This document shows positions 1 through 9,572 of a stretch of 64,000 nucleotides of DNA, piece by piece (within the stretch, counting starts at the first letter, position 1; the number at the start of each line of letters is the position of its first letter). A program made the translations under genes and the position numbers. Under the pieces are notes generated by a model that did not search any database, was not told the DNA's origin, and saw nothing but the letters and a program-made list of their open reading frames with translations. This stretch comes from an uncultured Acidobacteriota bacterium (lineage in GTDB: Bacteria; Acidobacteriota; UBA6911; RPQK01; JAPXNP01), in NCBI GenBank assembly GCA_963777605.1, contig CAVZRV010000029.1, forward strand, positions 416,001 to 480,000, in the 5' to 3' direction.

Positions 1-49
1 TCTTTTCGTCGCCGCGTCCGAGAGGTCTTACGACAACCGGCGCGGACGA

Positions 50-838
50 TTATCGTCCATGGAAGCGGCCGCGCCGGTTGGCGAGGAATGCTTCGGTCCC
101 CTCCCTGAAGTCCTCACTGAGCAGGCTCCGAACCCGCGCTTCCACTTCCCCGTCAATGCTCGATCCCAGTGGAAAGGTTCGTTGAAGATTGCGTTTCACA
201 CTCCGAACGACGACCGGCGGCAGCTGCGAGGCCCAGGATGCCAGAAGGAGGGTCCTCCGCACCAGTTCGGTGGCGGGTACCACTTCCTGGATAATCCCGT
301 GGCGCAGGGTTTCTTCCGCGGACATGAGGCGTCCGGAAAGGAGAAACCGCAGGGTTGGTTCGGCACCCATGACAGGCCCGATCAGGCTGCTGGTTCCCAC
401 GTCGGGGCTCAGTCCAAGTTGGACGAACGGATAGCCGAACAGTGCGGGCTCGACGGCAATTGTGTAGTCACAGCCGAGGGCGAGATTGAACCCGCCGTCT
501 ACAGCCAGGCCGTTTATGGAGGCGATCGTGAACTGGGGCAACCGACCCAGCAGTTGAAGCGTTTCGCGGCCGGTTTCAGTCAGCCGCTTCAGAGATCGGA
601 CATTGTTCGCCTCCAGTTCCGACAGGATGAAGTGGATTCTGACTCCGGCACTGAACGCCGTGCCGGAACCGGTCAGAATGACAACCCGAATGTCTTCCCG
701 TTCCGAGACCCGGGTAAGCACCTCCTGAAGTTGCGAAAGCATCTCCAGGTCGTATGAGTTCAGGCAATCGGGCCGCCTCAACGTGATCGTGGCGATCCGG
801 TCTTCGATCCGCTCATTCAAATAGGCAAACACGGCCAT
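50..838 (-). CDS. Enoyl-CoA hydratase/isomerase (crotonase family)
   Basis: Crotonase motifs ITLRRPDCLNS, TGSGTAFSAG, IASINGLAVDGGFNLALGCD, C-terminal SEDFREGTEAF; ATG at 838 preferred over TTG at 844. Confidence 0.9.
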   Translation of the reverse strand: MAVFAYLNERIEDRIATITLRRPDCLNSYDLEMLSQLQEVLTRVSEREDIRVVILTGSGTAFSAGVRIHFILSELEANNVRSLKRLTETGRETLQLLGRLPQFTIASINGLAVDGGFNLALGCDYTIAVEPALFGYPFVQLGLSPDVGTSSLIGPVMGAEPTLRFLLSGRLMSAEETLRHGIIQEVVPATELVRRTLLLASWASQLPPVVVRSVKRNLQRTFPLGSSIDGEVEARVRSLLSEDFREGTEAFLANRRGRFHGR

Positions 839-969
839 GTGCAATTACCCGTAACCGGCGGTCCGGTGCGTCTGCGTCTCCCACCCGTCGGTTTCGTCAA
901 CCTTTCGCTTGAACGATTCCGCAACATTTTGCTCCCACAACGTTAATAGAAGGGAGTGGATTCTGGCAA

Positions 970-2298
970 ATGAATGCGGAACAGCTAGCCCTGCTTCGTT
1001 CTTATGTTGACCGTTACCAGGAGTTGCGGACTCGGGTCCGGTTCGGCCCTGCGCGGGTTCGGGTCGGCAAAACCTGGAGAAAGGTGGTCGAAGTCCGGAG
1101 GCTGGGCTATGTCTTGGAACTCCTCTGCACGGGGCACGGGCGCGTGCGCCTGCCCGACGACGCCGAACGAGCCGCACGAATCGAGGCCGAGGCCGACCGG
1201 CTTATCGCACTGGCGCGAAGACTTTCCGGGGACACGCGGGCTCGGAAGTCAGGCACCGGTCACTGGTCTTTGATCGGCGGCTCGATTCTTCGCTTCAGAC
1301 TTGGCAGGGGGCGTCAGCGCATTGCTGTCGTGGCCGCGGTTTCCTCGGCTCCCCGAAGCAAGGCGGCCCGCCTCCTCGTCGCATTGATCCTCTGGTGGCG
1401 AAGGACGCCGGAGGGGAACCACTCTCTTGTTCTCATCCCGGCGACTTGGGGAGACTACTTCGTGGAACTTCTCCAGCACCTGAGTATTCCACTGGGGTGC
1501 TACGCCTATTCGAGGTCCGGGAAGGTACGTAGAATCTATCCCCGCGACGACCGTCAGGGGGAGGCCCAGTCTCCCTACGTGATCTACCCGGTTGAGTCCT
1601 GCCCGAGCAGGGTACTGGAGGAGAAAGCGAACGGGGTCCCGGAACTCGATCTGCTCTTTCGTGCCGGCCGATGGGAGCTGTCCTTTCGAGGAATGCCCGT
1701 TCTCTGGTCGAAAGGCACGGAGGAACTTTTCTACGATCTCAGGCACCCCAGACTGTTTCGAGACGAGGAGGCCTGGCAAGTCCACCTCGACGAGGTTCGG
1801 CGGTTTCGCCGCTGGCCGCCACCCGACCCCTGCAGTTTCTTCTACCGCTGGAGCAGCGAACGCTGGCTCGAATGGCTGGTGTTGCGAAATCATCGGAAGC
1901 TCCTGAGCGGTCTGGAGGAAATCTACTGCCAGGTACCGACTTTTGTGGAAGGAGACCGCAAGGTGCTTGACCTGATGGCCCTGAGAGAGGACGGCCGAGT
2001 GGTAGTCATCGAGTTGAAGCCCAGCAAAGACCCGGGCCTCTTGATTCAGGGGCTCGATTACTGGCAACGCGTGCGTTTCCACCTCGCCAGGGGGGACCTC
2101 CAGCAAGGGGGGTATTTTCGAGACAAGCACCTGTCGTCTGAAGATCCCCTCCTCGCTCTCGTCTCTCCCCTTTTCGAATTTCACCGGGTCATGCCCGTGT
2201 TACGGACACACCTCAAGCAGTCCATCCAATTCGAATGCTTAGGAATCAACAGCGACTGGAGGAGAGAGATCAGGGTCCTACGGCGCGTCAGGTTCTGA
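970..2298 (+). CDS. Hypothetical protein with C-terminal PD-(D/E)xK (NucS/EndoMS-like) nuclease-fold domain
   Basis: 442-aa ORF; C-terminal ERWLE...CQVP...LDLMALREDGRVVVIELK...QGLDYW fits a D...ExK...QxxxY motif. Confidence 0.6.
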   Translation: MNAEQLALLRSYVDRYQELRTRVRFGPARVRVGKTWRKVVEVRRLGYVLELLCTGHGRVRLPDDAERAARIEAEADRLIALARRLSGDTRARKSGTGHWSLIGGSILRFRLGRGRQRIAVVAAVSSAPRSKAARLLVALILWWRRTPEGNHSLVLIPATWGDYFVELLQHLSIPLGCYAYSRSGKVRRIYPRDDRQGEAQSPYVIYPVESCPSRVLEEKANGVPELDLLFRAGRWELSFRGMPVLWSKGTEELFYDLRHPRLFRDEEAWQVHLDEVRRFRRWPPPDPCSFFYRWSSERWLEWLVLRNHRKLLSGLEEIYCQVPTFVEGDRKVLDLMALREDGRVVVIELKPSKDPGLLIQGLDYWQRVRFHLARGDLQQGGYFRDKHLSSEDPLLALVSPLFEFHRVMPVLRTHLKQSIQFECLGINSDWRREIRVLRRVRF

Positions 2299-2487
2299 TC
2301 ACGACTTGGATTCCGACTTGGATTCCTCTCCGGACTCCTTGCCGGTTTTCACAGATCGCTTGAAGTTGGCGATACCCTCACCAAGACCTCGGCCGATCTG
2401 CGGCAGCCTGCTCGCACCAAAGAGCACGATCACAATTACCAGAATTATTGCCAGTTCAGGAACACCGAGACCCATCATGAGCACCAT
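2299..2487 (-). CDS. tatA: Twin-arginine translocase subunit TatA/E
   Basis: GLGVPELAIILVIVIVLFGASRLPQIGRGLGEGIANFKR signature. Confidence 0.95.
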   Translation of the reverse strand: MVLMMGLGVPELAIILVIVIVLFGASRLPQIGRGLGEGIANFKRSVKTGKESGEESKSESKS

Positions 2488-2502
2488 CCATTCTACGAAG
2501 TC

Positions 2503-2532
2503 ATAATACGCCGTTTATTTCACGCGTGTCAA
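2503..2532 (-). promoter_or_regulatory. Sigma70-type promoter for tatA
   Basis: Minus strand TTGACA-18 nt-TATTAT just upstream of the tatA start. Confidence 0.6.
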
Positions 2533-2554
2533 ACCGCGCAACTCTGCACGAATA

Positions 2555-3787
2555 CTAAGTATCTTGGTCGATCAACGTGACCGCTCGCCCCTTCAGCCCG
2601 AGACGGAAGTGGCGGTTCGGAAGCGTTCCCGACAAGCTCTTTTCATTCCCGCTCTCTTGTGAATCCCACTGGGCCGTCTCCCCATCCAACTGCGAAACCG
2701 CCCACTTGAGGGCGTCGAAGAACTCTGCTGCGTCGGAGTCCGAATCCCATACCGAGTTGAGCGTCAACGTTTCTTTCTGGGTCGGGTCGAGGAAGATTGC
2801 CACGTGGTCTCCGTCCCATCCCGCGGCCGCGGTTTGGGCCGCCTCCTCGCCAATCCGGTTGGCCAGATAGAGGTAGAGGCCGAATTCCCCGAGCACGTTG
2901 TCGTAGGCCAGGACCAGATCGTCCAACTTGTCCGGTTCCAGGACCGGAAGTTCCGTAGGCGGATCGGGGTTCCGCATCGCCTTTTCAGGGTGGAGGATCT
3001 GTTCGGTCGATTCGGGAAATTTCTGATACAGGAGGTCGAGCGATTTCCAGTCCCGTGTCTGGAGGAACTTCTGGACAAAGTTCGCGCCATAGGTATAAGG
3101 AAAGAGCAGCATTTCCTTCAGATAGGTCGGAGCACTGGCGAAAGTGGGATACTCCGCTTCAACCATGGGACGCTGGAGGCGGTTCAGTTCGATGATGTCC
3201 AGATCGTCGATCTTTCGCCCGAACGGCTCGATCGTATAAGCCAGCATCATCAGAAGGCCTTCGCCTTCAATTACCGAAGACTGGGCCAGGATCTTGTCGT
3301 CGTCCTCGTCCTGGGGAGAGAGGTACTTCTCCAGGTCGAACTGCTGGTCCTGGAGAGCGTGAGTCAACTCGTGTGCCATGACCGGCTTCTGCATCTCCGG
3401 TGGAATCCAGTCTGCGATGTAAAAGGTCTTGGTCCGGGGATCGTAAAAACCTGCAATCTGTTCAGTCAAGAGGTCCAGCATGAAACGGCGGAGGTCCATT
3501 TCCTGGGGAATCAGCTTTAGGCGCTTGAGCAGAAGGGCTTCGGCGGCGACTTCCTCGGCTGGATACTCTTCATCGGCACGATCCACAATAAATGATCGGA
3601 TTTCTTCCTTCGATTTGATCCCTTTCTTGATCGGTGCCCGCGGCTCGACCTGGCGAATGCGGCAAATCTCCTCCAGGACCTCATCGGATGAGCGCAGGAG
3701 GCTCCGGTCATGGGTCCCACCCGATTGCGGCAGGCCGACTACTGTAATCGAAATGATCGTCAGCAACCAGGAAAGTGCAGTTTTCAT
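2555..3787 (-). CDS. Exported putative zinc metallopeptidase (HExxH)
   Basis: Signal peptide-like N-terminus; GFYDP...VMAHELTHALQDQQFDL, IEGEG, FPYTYG, PESTEQILHP, AAAGWDGD motifs. Confidence 0.65.
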   Translation of the reverse strand: MKTALSWLLTIISITVVGLPQSGGTHDRSLLRSSDEVLEEICRIRQVEPRAPIKKGIKSKEEIRSFIVDRADEEYPAEEVAAEALLLKRLKLIPQEMDLRRFMLDLLTEQIAGFYDPRTKTFYIADWIPPEMQKPVMAHELTHALQDQQFDLEKYLSPQDEDDDKILAQSSVIEGEGLLMMLAYTIEPFGRKIDDLDIIELNRLQRPMVEAEYPTFASAPTYLKEMLLFPYTYGANFVQKFLQTRDWKSLDLLYQKFPESTEQILHPEKAMRNPDPPTELPVLEPDKLDDLVLAYDNVLGEFGLYLYLANRIGEEAAQTAAAGWDGDHVAIFLDPTQKETLTLNSVWDSDSDAAEFFDALKWAVSQLDGETAQWDSQESGNEKSLSGTLPNRHFRLGLKGRAVTLIDQDT

Positions 3788-3798
3788 GCAATGGGCCT

Positions 3799-5730
3799 CT
3801 AAAGAATAATCCGACGATCTCCGTTTCGACGGGTCACGCGCTGCCGGTCGAGGTGCTCGAGCAGCGGGATGGCAAATTTCCGGCTGACGCCGAGCAGGTC
3901 CTTGAATTCGGGGACCGAGAATGAAGCGCCATTGGGAAACGAGGTTCGAATCTGGCCCGTTATCTGCTCGATCTGCTCCGGAAGGATTACCAGGTCATCC
4001 GATACCCGAATCAGTCGGCCTTCCTGAACCAGGAAGAAGAAAAGATCCCGGACTGATTTGGCATCCCTTTGAAGCTTCGAGGCCAGGCTTTCGACCTCAG
4101 GTGATCGAAAGCAGTTCCGGCGGAAGAGTTCCAGGATCGACTCGCCCAGTTCGACCTGCTCCGGCGTCATTCGGATTCGCGATCCGAAAAGGGCGATCGA
4201 ACTGCCTCTCATTTCGATCAGTTCTCTCTTTTGAAACTCGTCCAGGACGAACTGGAAGACCACCGGAGTGGCGTGAGAAAGAAAACGCTCCCGGAGTTCT
4301 TCTTTGGACATTCCTTCGGCCAGTGGTTTCTTTTCGTGGAACTCTGTGAGCGCCGTGCGGATCCTGTTCGACAGGTCGGTCAGCTTTCTTTGGTCCAGGA
4401 CGACCGGCGGGTCCTGGTTCACGACGGCGGTATCCGGGAGCGCGGACACCCGGTCGAGCACAGCCCGACGACTCAGTCCGGTTGCCGCTACCAGGGTGGG
4501 CACATCGACTCCCTCGATCCTTGCGTTGTCGATCAGGTGGGTCAAGAGACCCGAATCGGCAGCCTCTCCTCCCTGCGACAACTGGTCCGCCAATACCTGG
4601 TATGACTCGAGCAGTCGGGGCAGCTCTCTCCGCTTCCGGCGGGCCGGTCGATTTGAAAGAACGGTTCCTCCCCCGACGGTCAGAAGCGGGGAATAGCGAC
4701 GGAGAATGAAACGATCGCCGGGAAGGCAAACGGTCGGATTCTCGAGGCGGAGCCGGGCAAAGGCCGACTGACCTGGTTCGAGGGCCTGACATCCGAGGAG
4801 GTGCAGCGTTGCGATCACTTCGGCGCTGCCGTGATGAAACCGGACGGGACTCCGCTGTCGGAGGGGCTTGGGCGCCGAACTGAGGAGTTCGATGCGGGCA
4901 TCCAGAACGCGCGTCGCTTCCAGAGTCCGATGGGAGGTCACGGTCATCCCGCGGACCACTTCCTCGGTGCGCAGTCCGGAGAGGTTCAGGGCCGTTCGCT
5001 GGCCTCCTTCCGAATGCTGGGCCGGCTCGCCAAAGATCTCGATGCCCCGAACTTTCGACTCCAGGCCCCCGGGTTGAACGGTGACAAACTGGTCCCGTGC
5101 GATCGAACCGTTCGTCGCGGTTCCGGTCACCACCGTTCCGAATCCCCGAATCGAAAAGACCCGGTCCACCGGCATCAGGAAAAGCCGGTCCCGGACGCGG
5201 CGCTGGATCGACTCGATGTCCAGGGATCCAAGCTGCTTTTCCAGGCAGGCTTTCAGGTCGTCGATTCCGCGCCCGGAAACGCTGTCCACGGCAACGATAG
5301 GAGCATTTTCCAGGAAACTGCCTTTGACCAGGTCGCGAACCTCAACCGTGACCACCTCGGCGAGTTCATCGTCAACCAGATCCCTCTTGGTTAGTACGAC
5401 GATGCCTTTCCGGATCCCAAGCAGGCGGCAGATTTCGAAGTGCTCGGCGGTCTGGGGCATGACCGACTCGTCGGCCGCAATAACCAGGAGCAACAGTTGG
5501 ATCCCTCCGATTCCGGCGAGCATGTTCTTGACAAACCGCTCGTGGCCGGGAACATCGATGAAGCCAACCCGAAAATCTCCCAGCAGGAGGTGGGCGAATC
5601 CGATGTCAATCGTGATGCCCCGCCGCTTCTCCTCGGCGAGGCGATCGGTGTCGATGCCGGTGAGCGCCCGCACCAGTTTGGTCTTGCCATGGTCAATGTG
5701 CCCAGCGGTGCCCACAATCACGTCTTTCAC
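3799..5730 (-). CDS. selB: Selenocysteine-specific elongation factor SelB
   Basis: [33 protein letters not shown]-motifs; C-terminal [13 protein letters not shown] winged helix; GTG start at 5730. Confidence 0.97.
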   Translation of the reverse strand: MKDVIVGTAGHIDHGKTKLVRALTGIDTDRLAEEKRRGITIDIGFAHLLLGDFRVGFIDVPGHERFVKNMLAGIGGIQLLLLVIAADESVMPQTAEHFEICRLLGIRKGIVVLTKRDLVDDELAEVVTVEVRDLVKGSFLENAPIVAVDSVSGRGIDDLKACLEKQLGSLDIESIQRRVRDRLFLMPVDRVFSIRGFGTVVTGTATNGSIARDQFVTVQPGGLESKVRGIEIFGEPAQHSEGGQRTALNLSGLRTEEVVRGMTVTSHRTLEATRVLDARIELLSSAPKPLRQRSPVRFHHGSAEVIATLHLLGCQALEPGQSAFARLRLENPTVCLPGDRFILRRYSPLLTVGGGTVLSNRPARRKRRELPRLLESYQVLADQLSQGGEAADSGLLTHLIDNARIEGVDVPTLVAATGLSRRAVLDRVSALPDTAVVNQDPPVVLDQRKLTDLSNRIRTALTEFHEKKPLAEGMSKEELRERFLSHATPVVFQFVLDEFQKRELIEMRGSSIALFGSRIRMTPEQVELGESILELFRRNCFRSPEVESLASKLQRDAKSVRDLFFFLVQEGRLIRVSDDLVILPEQIEQITGQIRTSFPNGASFSVPEFKDLLGVSRKFAIPLLEHLDRQRVTRRNGDRRIIL

Positions 5731-5829
5731 AGTTGCAGCAATTCTAATCCAAAGGAGCTTGCCAGGCGGAAAACCGGACCGCCTTCGGCCTTCGGGTCGA
5801 GCTTCGGTCACTCGGGGGTTTCAGGGACT

Positions 5830-5859
5830 TTGACAGCCGTTTCCCTTGCTGGCTAGAAT
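5830..5859 (+). promoter_or_regulatory. Sigma70-type promoter for ffh
   Basis: TTGACA (5830-5835)-18 nt-TAGAAT (5854-5859), about 35 nt before the ATG at 5894. Confidence 0.65.
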
Positions 5860-5893
5860 AGGCAACTTTACTCGCATCGCTCGAGGATTCGTT

Positions 5894-7222
5894 ATGCTGG
5901 AAGGTCTTTCATCGAGAATTCAGGACACCCTGCGCAAGCTGCGTGGCGAGGGGCGCTTGTCCGAGGAACATCTCCAGGCTGCGATGAGAGAGATCCGTCT
6001 GGCTCTCCTTGAAGCCGATGTCAACTTCAAGGTTGTCAAGGATTTTGTGGCCTCGGTCCGGGAAAAGGCGCTGGGTCAGGAAGTTCTCAATAGCCTGACG
6101 CCCGGACAGCAGGTGGTCAAGATCGTGCGGGACGAGTTGATCGACTTGCTGGGCAGGGAACCCTCCCGGCTCGAGTTCAAGAAGACTCCTCCAAGCGTGA
6201 TCCTGATGGTGGGGCTGCAGGGGAGTGGGAAGACCACGTCGAGCGGCAAACTTGCGGCGTGGCTTTCTAAACAGGGGCGACGCCCTCTCATGGTCTCGGC
6301 CGACGTTTATCGACCGGCCGCTATTGAGCAATTGGCGATCATCGCGCGCGCTCTCGACCTTCCCGTGTACGAGAGCGACAGCCTCGACGCCGTTGATCGG
6401 GCTCGTCAGGCCCTCAGGCAGTGCCGGAACACCGGATACGACACGTTGCTGATTGACACTGCCGGGCGGCTCCACGTCGATGACCAGTTGATGTCGGAAC
6501 TGGAGTTGATCCGCCAGGAGACTCAGCCCCAGGAAATACTCCTGGTTGCCGATTCGATGACCGGCCAGGATGCCGTCAACTCCGCTGCCGAGTTCAACCG
6601 TCGGATCGAACTCACCGGGGTGGTCCTGACCAAGCTTGACGGAGATGCCAGGGGAGGTGCGGCGCTTTCCATCCGGGCGGTTACGGGGACGCCAATCAAA
6701 TTCATCGGTATCGGGGAGAACTACGATGCCTTGGAAGTCTTCCACCCCGAGCGTCTGGCCGGCCGAATCCTGGGCATGGGCGACATCCTCACCCTGATCG
6801 AGAAGGCCGAGGAGACCGCCGACGAGGAGCAGGCTCGGGCCGTCCTCGACAAGATCCGCCGGAATGAGTTCACTCTTGAAGATTTCAGGGACCAGATGCG
6901 CCAGATTCGGAAGTTGGGTCCCCTCGAGCAGATTCTGGGGATGCTCCCGCAAGTTGGTGCACTTCGCGGGCTGAGCAAGCTGAAGATTGATGAGAAACAG
7001 TTGAACCATCTCGAGGCGATCATCAACTCGATGACTCCGCGGGAGCGCGTCAACTACAAGTTGATTAACGGTCCTCGGCGAAAGCGGATCGCGAGGGGCA
7101 GTGGGCGGCCGGTCGCAGAGGTCAACCGGTTGCTTCGGCAGTACATCGAGGCCCGGAAGATGATGAAGTCGATGGGCAAGGGACTGCTGGGAAAGAAGTT
7201 GCCGAAGTTTAAATGGCGATAG
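5894..7222 (+). CDS. ffh: Signal recognition particle protein Ffh
   Basis: ALLEADV, GLQGSGKTT, DTAGRL, TKLDGDARGGAALS, RILGMGD, M-domain RRKRIARGSG. Confidence 0.98.
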   Translation: MLEGLSSRIQDTLRKLRGEGRLSEEHLQAAMREIRLALLEADVNFKVVKDFVASVREKALGQEVLNSLTPGQQVVKIVRDELIDLLGREPSRLEFKKTPPSVILMVGLQGSGKTTSSGKLAAWLSKQGRRPLMVSADVYRPAAIEQLAIIARALDLPVYESDSLDAVDRARQALRQCRNTGYDTLLIDTAGRLHVDDQLMSELELIRQETQPQEILLVADSMTGQDAVNSAAEFNRRIELTGVVLTKLDGDARGGAALSIRAVTGTPIKFIGIGENYDALEVFHPERLAGRILGMGDILTLIEKAEETADEEQARAVLDKIRRNEFTLEDFRDQMRQIRKLGPLEQILGMLPQVGALRGLSKLKIDEKQLNHLEAIINSMTPRERVNYKLINGPRRKRIARGSGRPVAEVNRLLRQYIEARKMMKSMGKGLLGKKLPKFKWR

Positions 7223-7307
7223 TGGCGCCGGAATTTGATGGTAGTATTTTTCTCCCGAATTCCGGGGGCATTTGATAGAATCATTGATTTATCAGGAGGT
7301 TTGAACG

Positions 7308-7583
7308 TTGCTGAGACTTCGATTGACACGTAAGGGGGCCAAAAAAGACCCTCACTACAGGGTTGTCGTTACTGAAAAAAGTAGTGCGCGGGATGGACGT
7401 TTTGTAGAAATCGTCGGATACTACAACCCAGCTCAAGAACCCGTTCGGTTGAATCTGGATTTGGACCGTGTCGATTATTGGCTTCAGCAGGGAGCTCAGC
7501 CGACGCAGACTGTCCGGACACTGATCAGGCGGGTCAGGGATGAGCGGGAAATCGACACGGTTGCGGAACCGGTAACGCAGTAG
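7308..7583 (+). CDS. rpsP: 30S ribosomal protein S16
   Basis: [18 protein letters not shown]...[14 protein letters not shown]...WLQQGAQPT; RBS GGAGG. Confidence 0.98.
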   Translation: MLRLRLTRKGAKKDPHYRVVVTEKSSARDGRFVEIVGYYNPAQEPVRLNLDLDRVDYWLQQGAQPTQTVRTLIRRVRDEREIDTVAEPVTQ

Positions 7584-7638
7584 CCAATTCAGGTGCTGTA
7601 AAACAAGGATTATCGGGGTTCTGCCGCGAGGAGGAAGC

Positions 7639-7869
7639 ATGAGAGAGCTGGTGGAGAACATTGCAAAAGCCCTAGTTGACGATCCCGAGCAGGTCAGCGT
7701 AGCCCAAGTCGAGGGGGAGCAGACAACCGTCCTTGAACTGCGTGTTGCTCAGCCTGATTTAGGAAAAGTGATTGGAAAGCAGGGACGCACGGCACGGGCC
7801 ATTCGCACGATTCTCGGCGCTGCAGGAATGAAACTTCGGAAGCGGTTCGTGCTCGAGATTCTTGAGTAA
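7639..7869 (+). CDS. khpA: KH-domain RNA-binding protein KhpA
   Basis: [17 protein letters not shown]; canonical position between rpsP and rimM. Confidence 0.95.
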   Translation: MRELVENIAKALVDDPEQVSVAQVEGEQTTVLELRVAQPDLGKVIGKQGRTARAIRTILGAAGMKLRKRFVLEILE

Positions 7870-8415
7870 GTGAACGAACGCGTTTCTGTTGCCAGGATCC
7901 TCAAAGCCTGGGGAATCAGGGGGGAGGTCGCTGCAGAAATCCTGACCGATTTTCCCGAGCGGTTTGCTGAGTTGGATCGGGTGTTTGTCTCGGTCCCGGA
8001 AGGGGATTTCGAGGAGTCTCTGGAGCGCTTCTGGTTTCACAAGAACCGGGTCATCCTTAAGTTCAAAGGGCGGGACCGCCCTCACTCGGTGCAGGAGTTG
8101 GTGGGCGGCGATGTGTGGGTGCCCGACTCGGAGCGGGTGGAACCTCCCGAAGGTTTCTACTACGATTCCGACCTGGCGGGATGCCGGGTCGTTCAGCAGG
8201 GGCGGTTGCTCGGCCACGTCGATGGGATAATGAGAGTCGGCGAATCCCCGGCGAATCTCATCGTAGTGGACAGTCAGAACCGCGAATTCATGGTTCCGCT
8301 TGAGGGTGGCTTCGTCACCGGGGTCTTTCTGGACCAGAAGACGATTGAGGTCGATTTGCCCGCGGGTTTGCTTGAACTTGCTGTCGATCGGGGTGGTTCG
8401 AAGGCCAGGGAGTGA
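7870..8415 (+). CDS. rimM: 16S rRNA processing protein RimM
   Basis: ILKAWGIRGEV, TDFPERF, EGFYYDSDLAGC, PRC-barrel C-terminus; synteny. Confidence 0.95.
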   Translation: MNERVSVARILKAWGIRGEVAAEILTDFPERFAELDRVFVSVPEGDFEESLERFWFHKNRVILKFKGRDRPHSVQELVGGDVWVPDSERVEPPEGFYYDSDLAGCRVVQQGRLLGHVDGIMRVGESPANLIVVDSQNREFMVPLEGGFVTGVFLDQKTIEVDLPAGLLELAVDRGGSKARE

Positions 8416-8423
8416 CCCGCCGC

Positions 8424-9116
8424 ATGAAGATCGATTTGTTGACGATCTTTCCGGACTATTTCGAGAGCATCCTGAAGTTCGGGATGATCCGCCAGGGAAT
8501 CCGGAAGGGTTTGACTGAAATCTCCACGGTGGACCTCCGGGAATTCACCGAGGACCGGCACCGCACCGTCGATGATCGACCGTTCGGGGGCGGAGAAGGC
8601 ATGGTCCTGAAGCCGGAACCGGTGTTTCGGGCGGTTGAGCACTGCAACGTGGTGCGGGCAGAGACCTCAAGAGTGATCCTGCTTTCACCGCGAGGACCGA
8701 AGTTTGATCAGGGCAAGGCAAAGGAGTTATCCTTAAAGGCTCATTTGGTGCTGATTTGCGGCCGATACGAAGGGGTTGACCAGCGCGTCGCGGACGCTCT
8801 CGTCGACGAAGAGCTTTCGGTCGGTGATTATATTTTGTCCGGCGGAGAACTGGCGGCGGCGATCGTAGTTGATTCTGTCTGCCGGCTCATCCCGGGCGTT
8901 CTCGGGGACGGCAGGTCCGCCCTGAGTGAGTCGTTCATGGAGGGCGTGCTGGATTATCCCCAGTACACCCGACCAGCGGAGTACCGGGGGTTAAGAGTGC
9001 CGGGGGTGCTGCTGTCCGGCGACCATAGTGCGATCCGGAAGTGGCGAGAGGAACAGGCGCTCGAAATCACTCGAAGTCGACGTCCGGACCTGCTTGAGGC
9101 GTTCAGGGAGAAATGA
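8424..9116 (+). CDS. trmD: tRNA (guanine37-N1)-methyltransferase TrmD
   Basis: [41 protein letters not shown]. Confidence 0.98.
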   Translation: MKIDLLTIFPDYFESILKFGMIRQGIRKGLTEISTVDLREFTEDRHRTVDDRPFGGGEGMVLKPEPVFRAVEHCNVVRAETSRVILLSPRGPKFDQGKAKELSLKAHLVLICGRYEGVDQRVADALVDEELSVGDYILSGGELAAAIVVDSVCRLIPGVLGDGRSALSESFMEGVLDYPQYTRPAEYRGLRVPGVLLSGDHSAIRKWREEQALEITRSRRPDLLEAFREK

Positions 9117-9117
9117 A

Positions 9118-9462
9118 ATGAATCCGATTGAGTTGGTCGAACAGAAATACATGAAGCCGGAGATCCCCGAGTTTCGACCGGGTGACACGGTCAAGGTAAA
9201 CGTCAAGATCGAAGAAGGTGACAAGTTCAGGATCCAGGCTTTCGAAGGTGTCGTGACCGCAATCCGGCGGCGGGCGGGTCTTTCGTCCACGTTTACCGTC
9301 CGGAAAGTCAGCTTCGGATACGGTGTGGAACGGGTCTTCCTCCTTCACTCACCGGCGATCGAGAGCGTCGAACGGCTGCGACGCGGGCGGGTTCGCCGGG
9401 CCAAGCTGTACTACCTGCGGGAACGAAAAGGAAAGGCGGCTCGGATCCGAGAGATCCGTTAG
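9118..9462 (+). CDS. rplS: 50S ribosomal protein L19
   Basis: [40 protein letters not shown]; ATG at 9118. Confidence 0.98.
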   Translation: MNPIELVEQKYMKPEIPEFRPGDTVKVNVKIEEGDKFRIQAFEGVVTAIRRRAGLSSTFTVRKVSFGYGVERVFLLHSPAIESVERLRRGRVRRAKLYYLRERKGKAARIREIR

Positions 9463-9572
9463 TCTCCGTCTCTGGGCAAGCTCGGAGGCGTGTCCGAGAG
9501 TGTGATCAGCACACCAGTTTTTGCCGGTTTGGCCTGATACCATTCTGCCTTTTGAGAGAACGGCTGGCCTGA

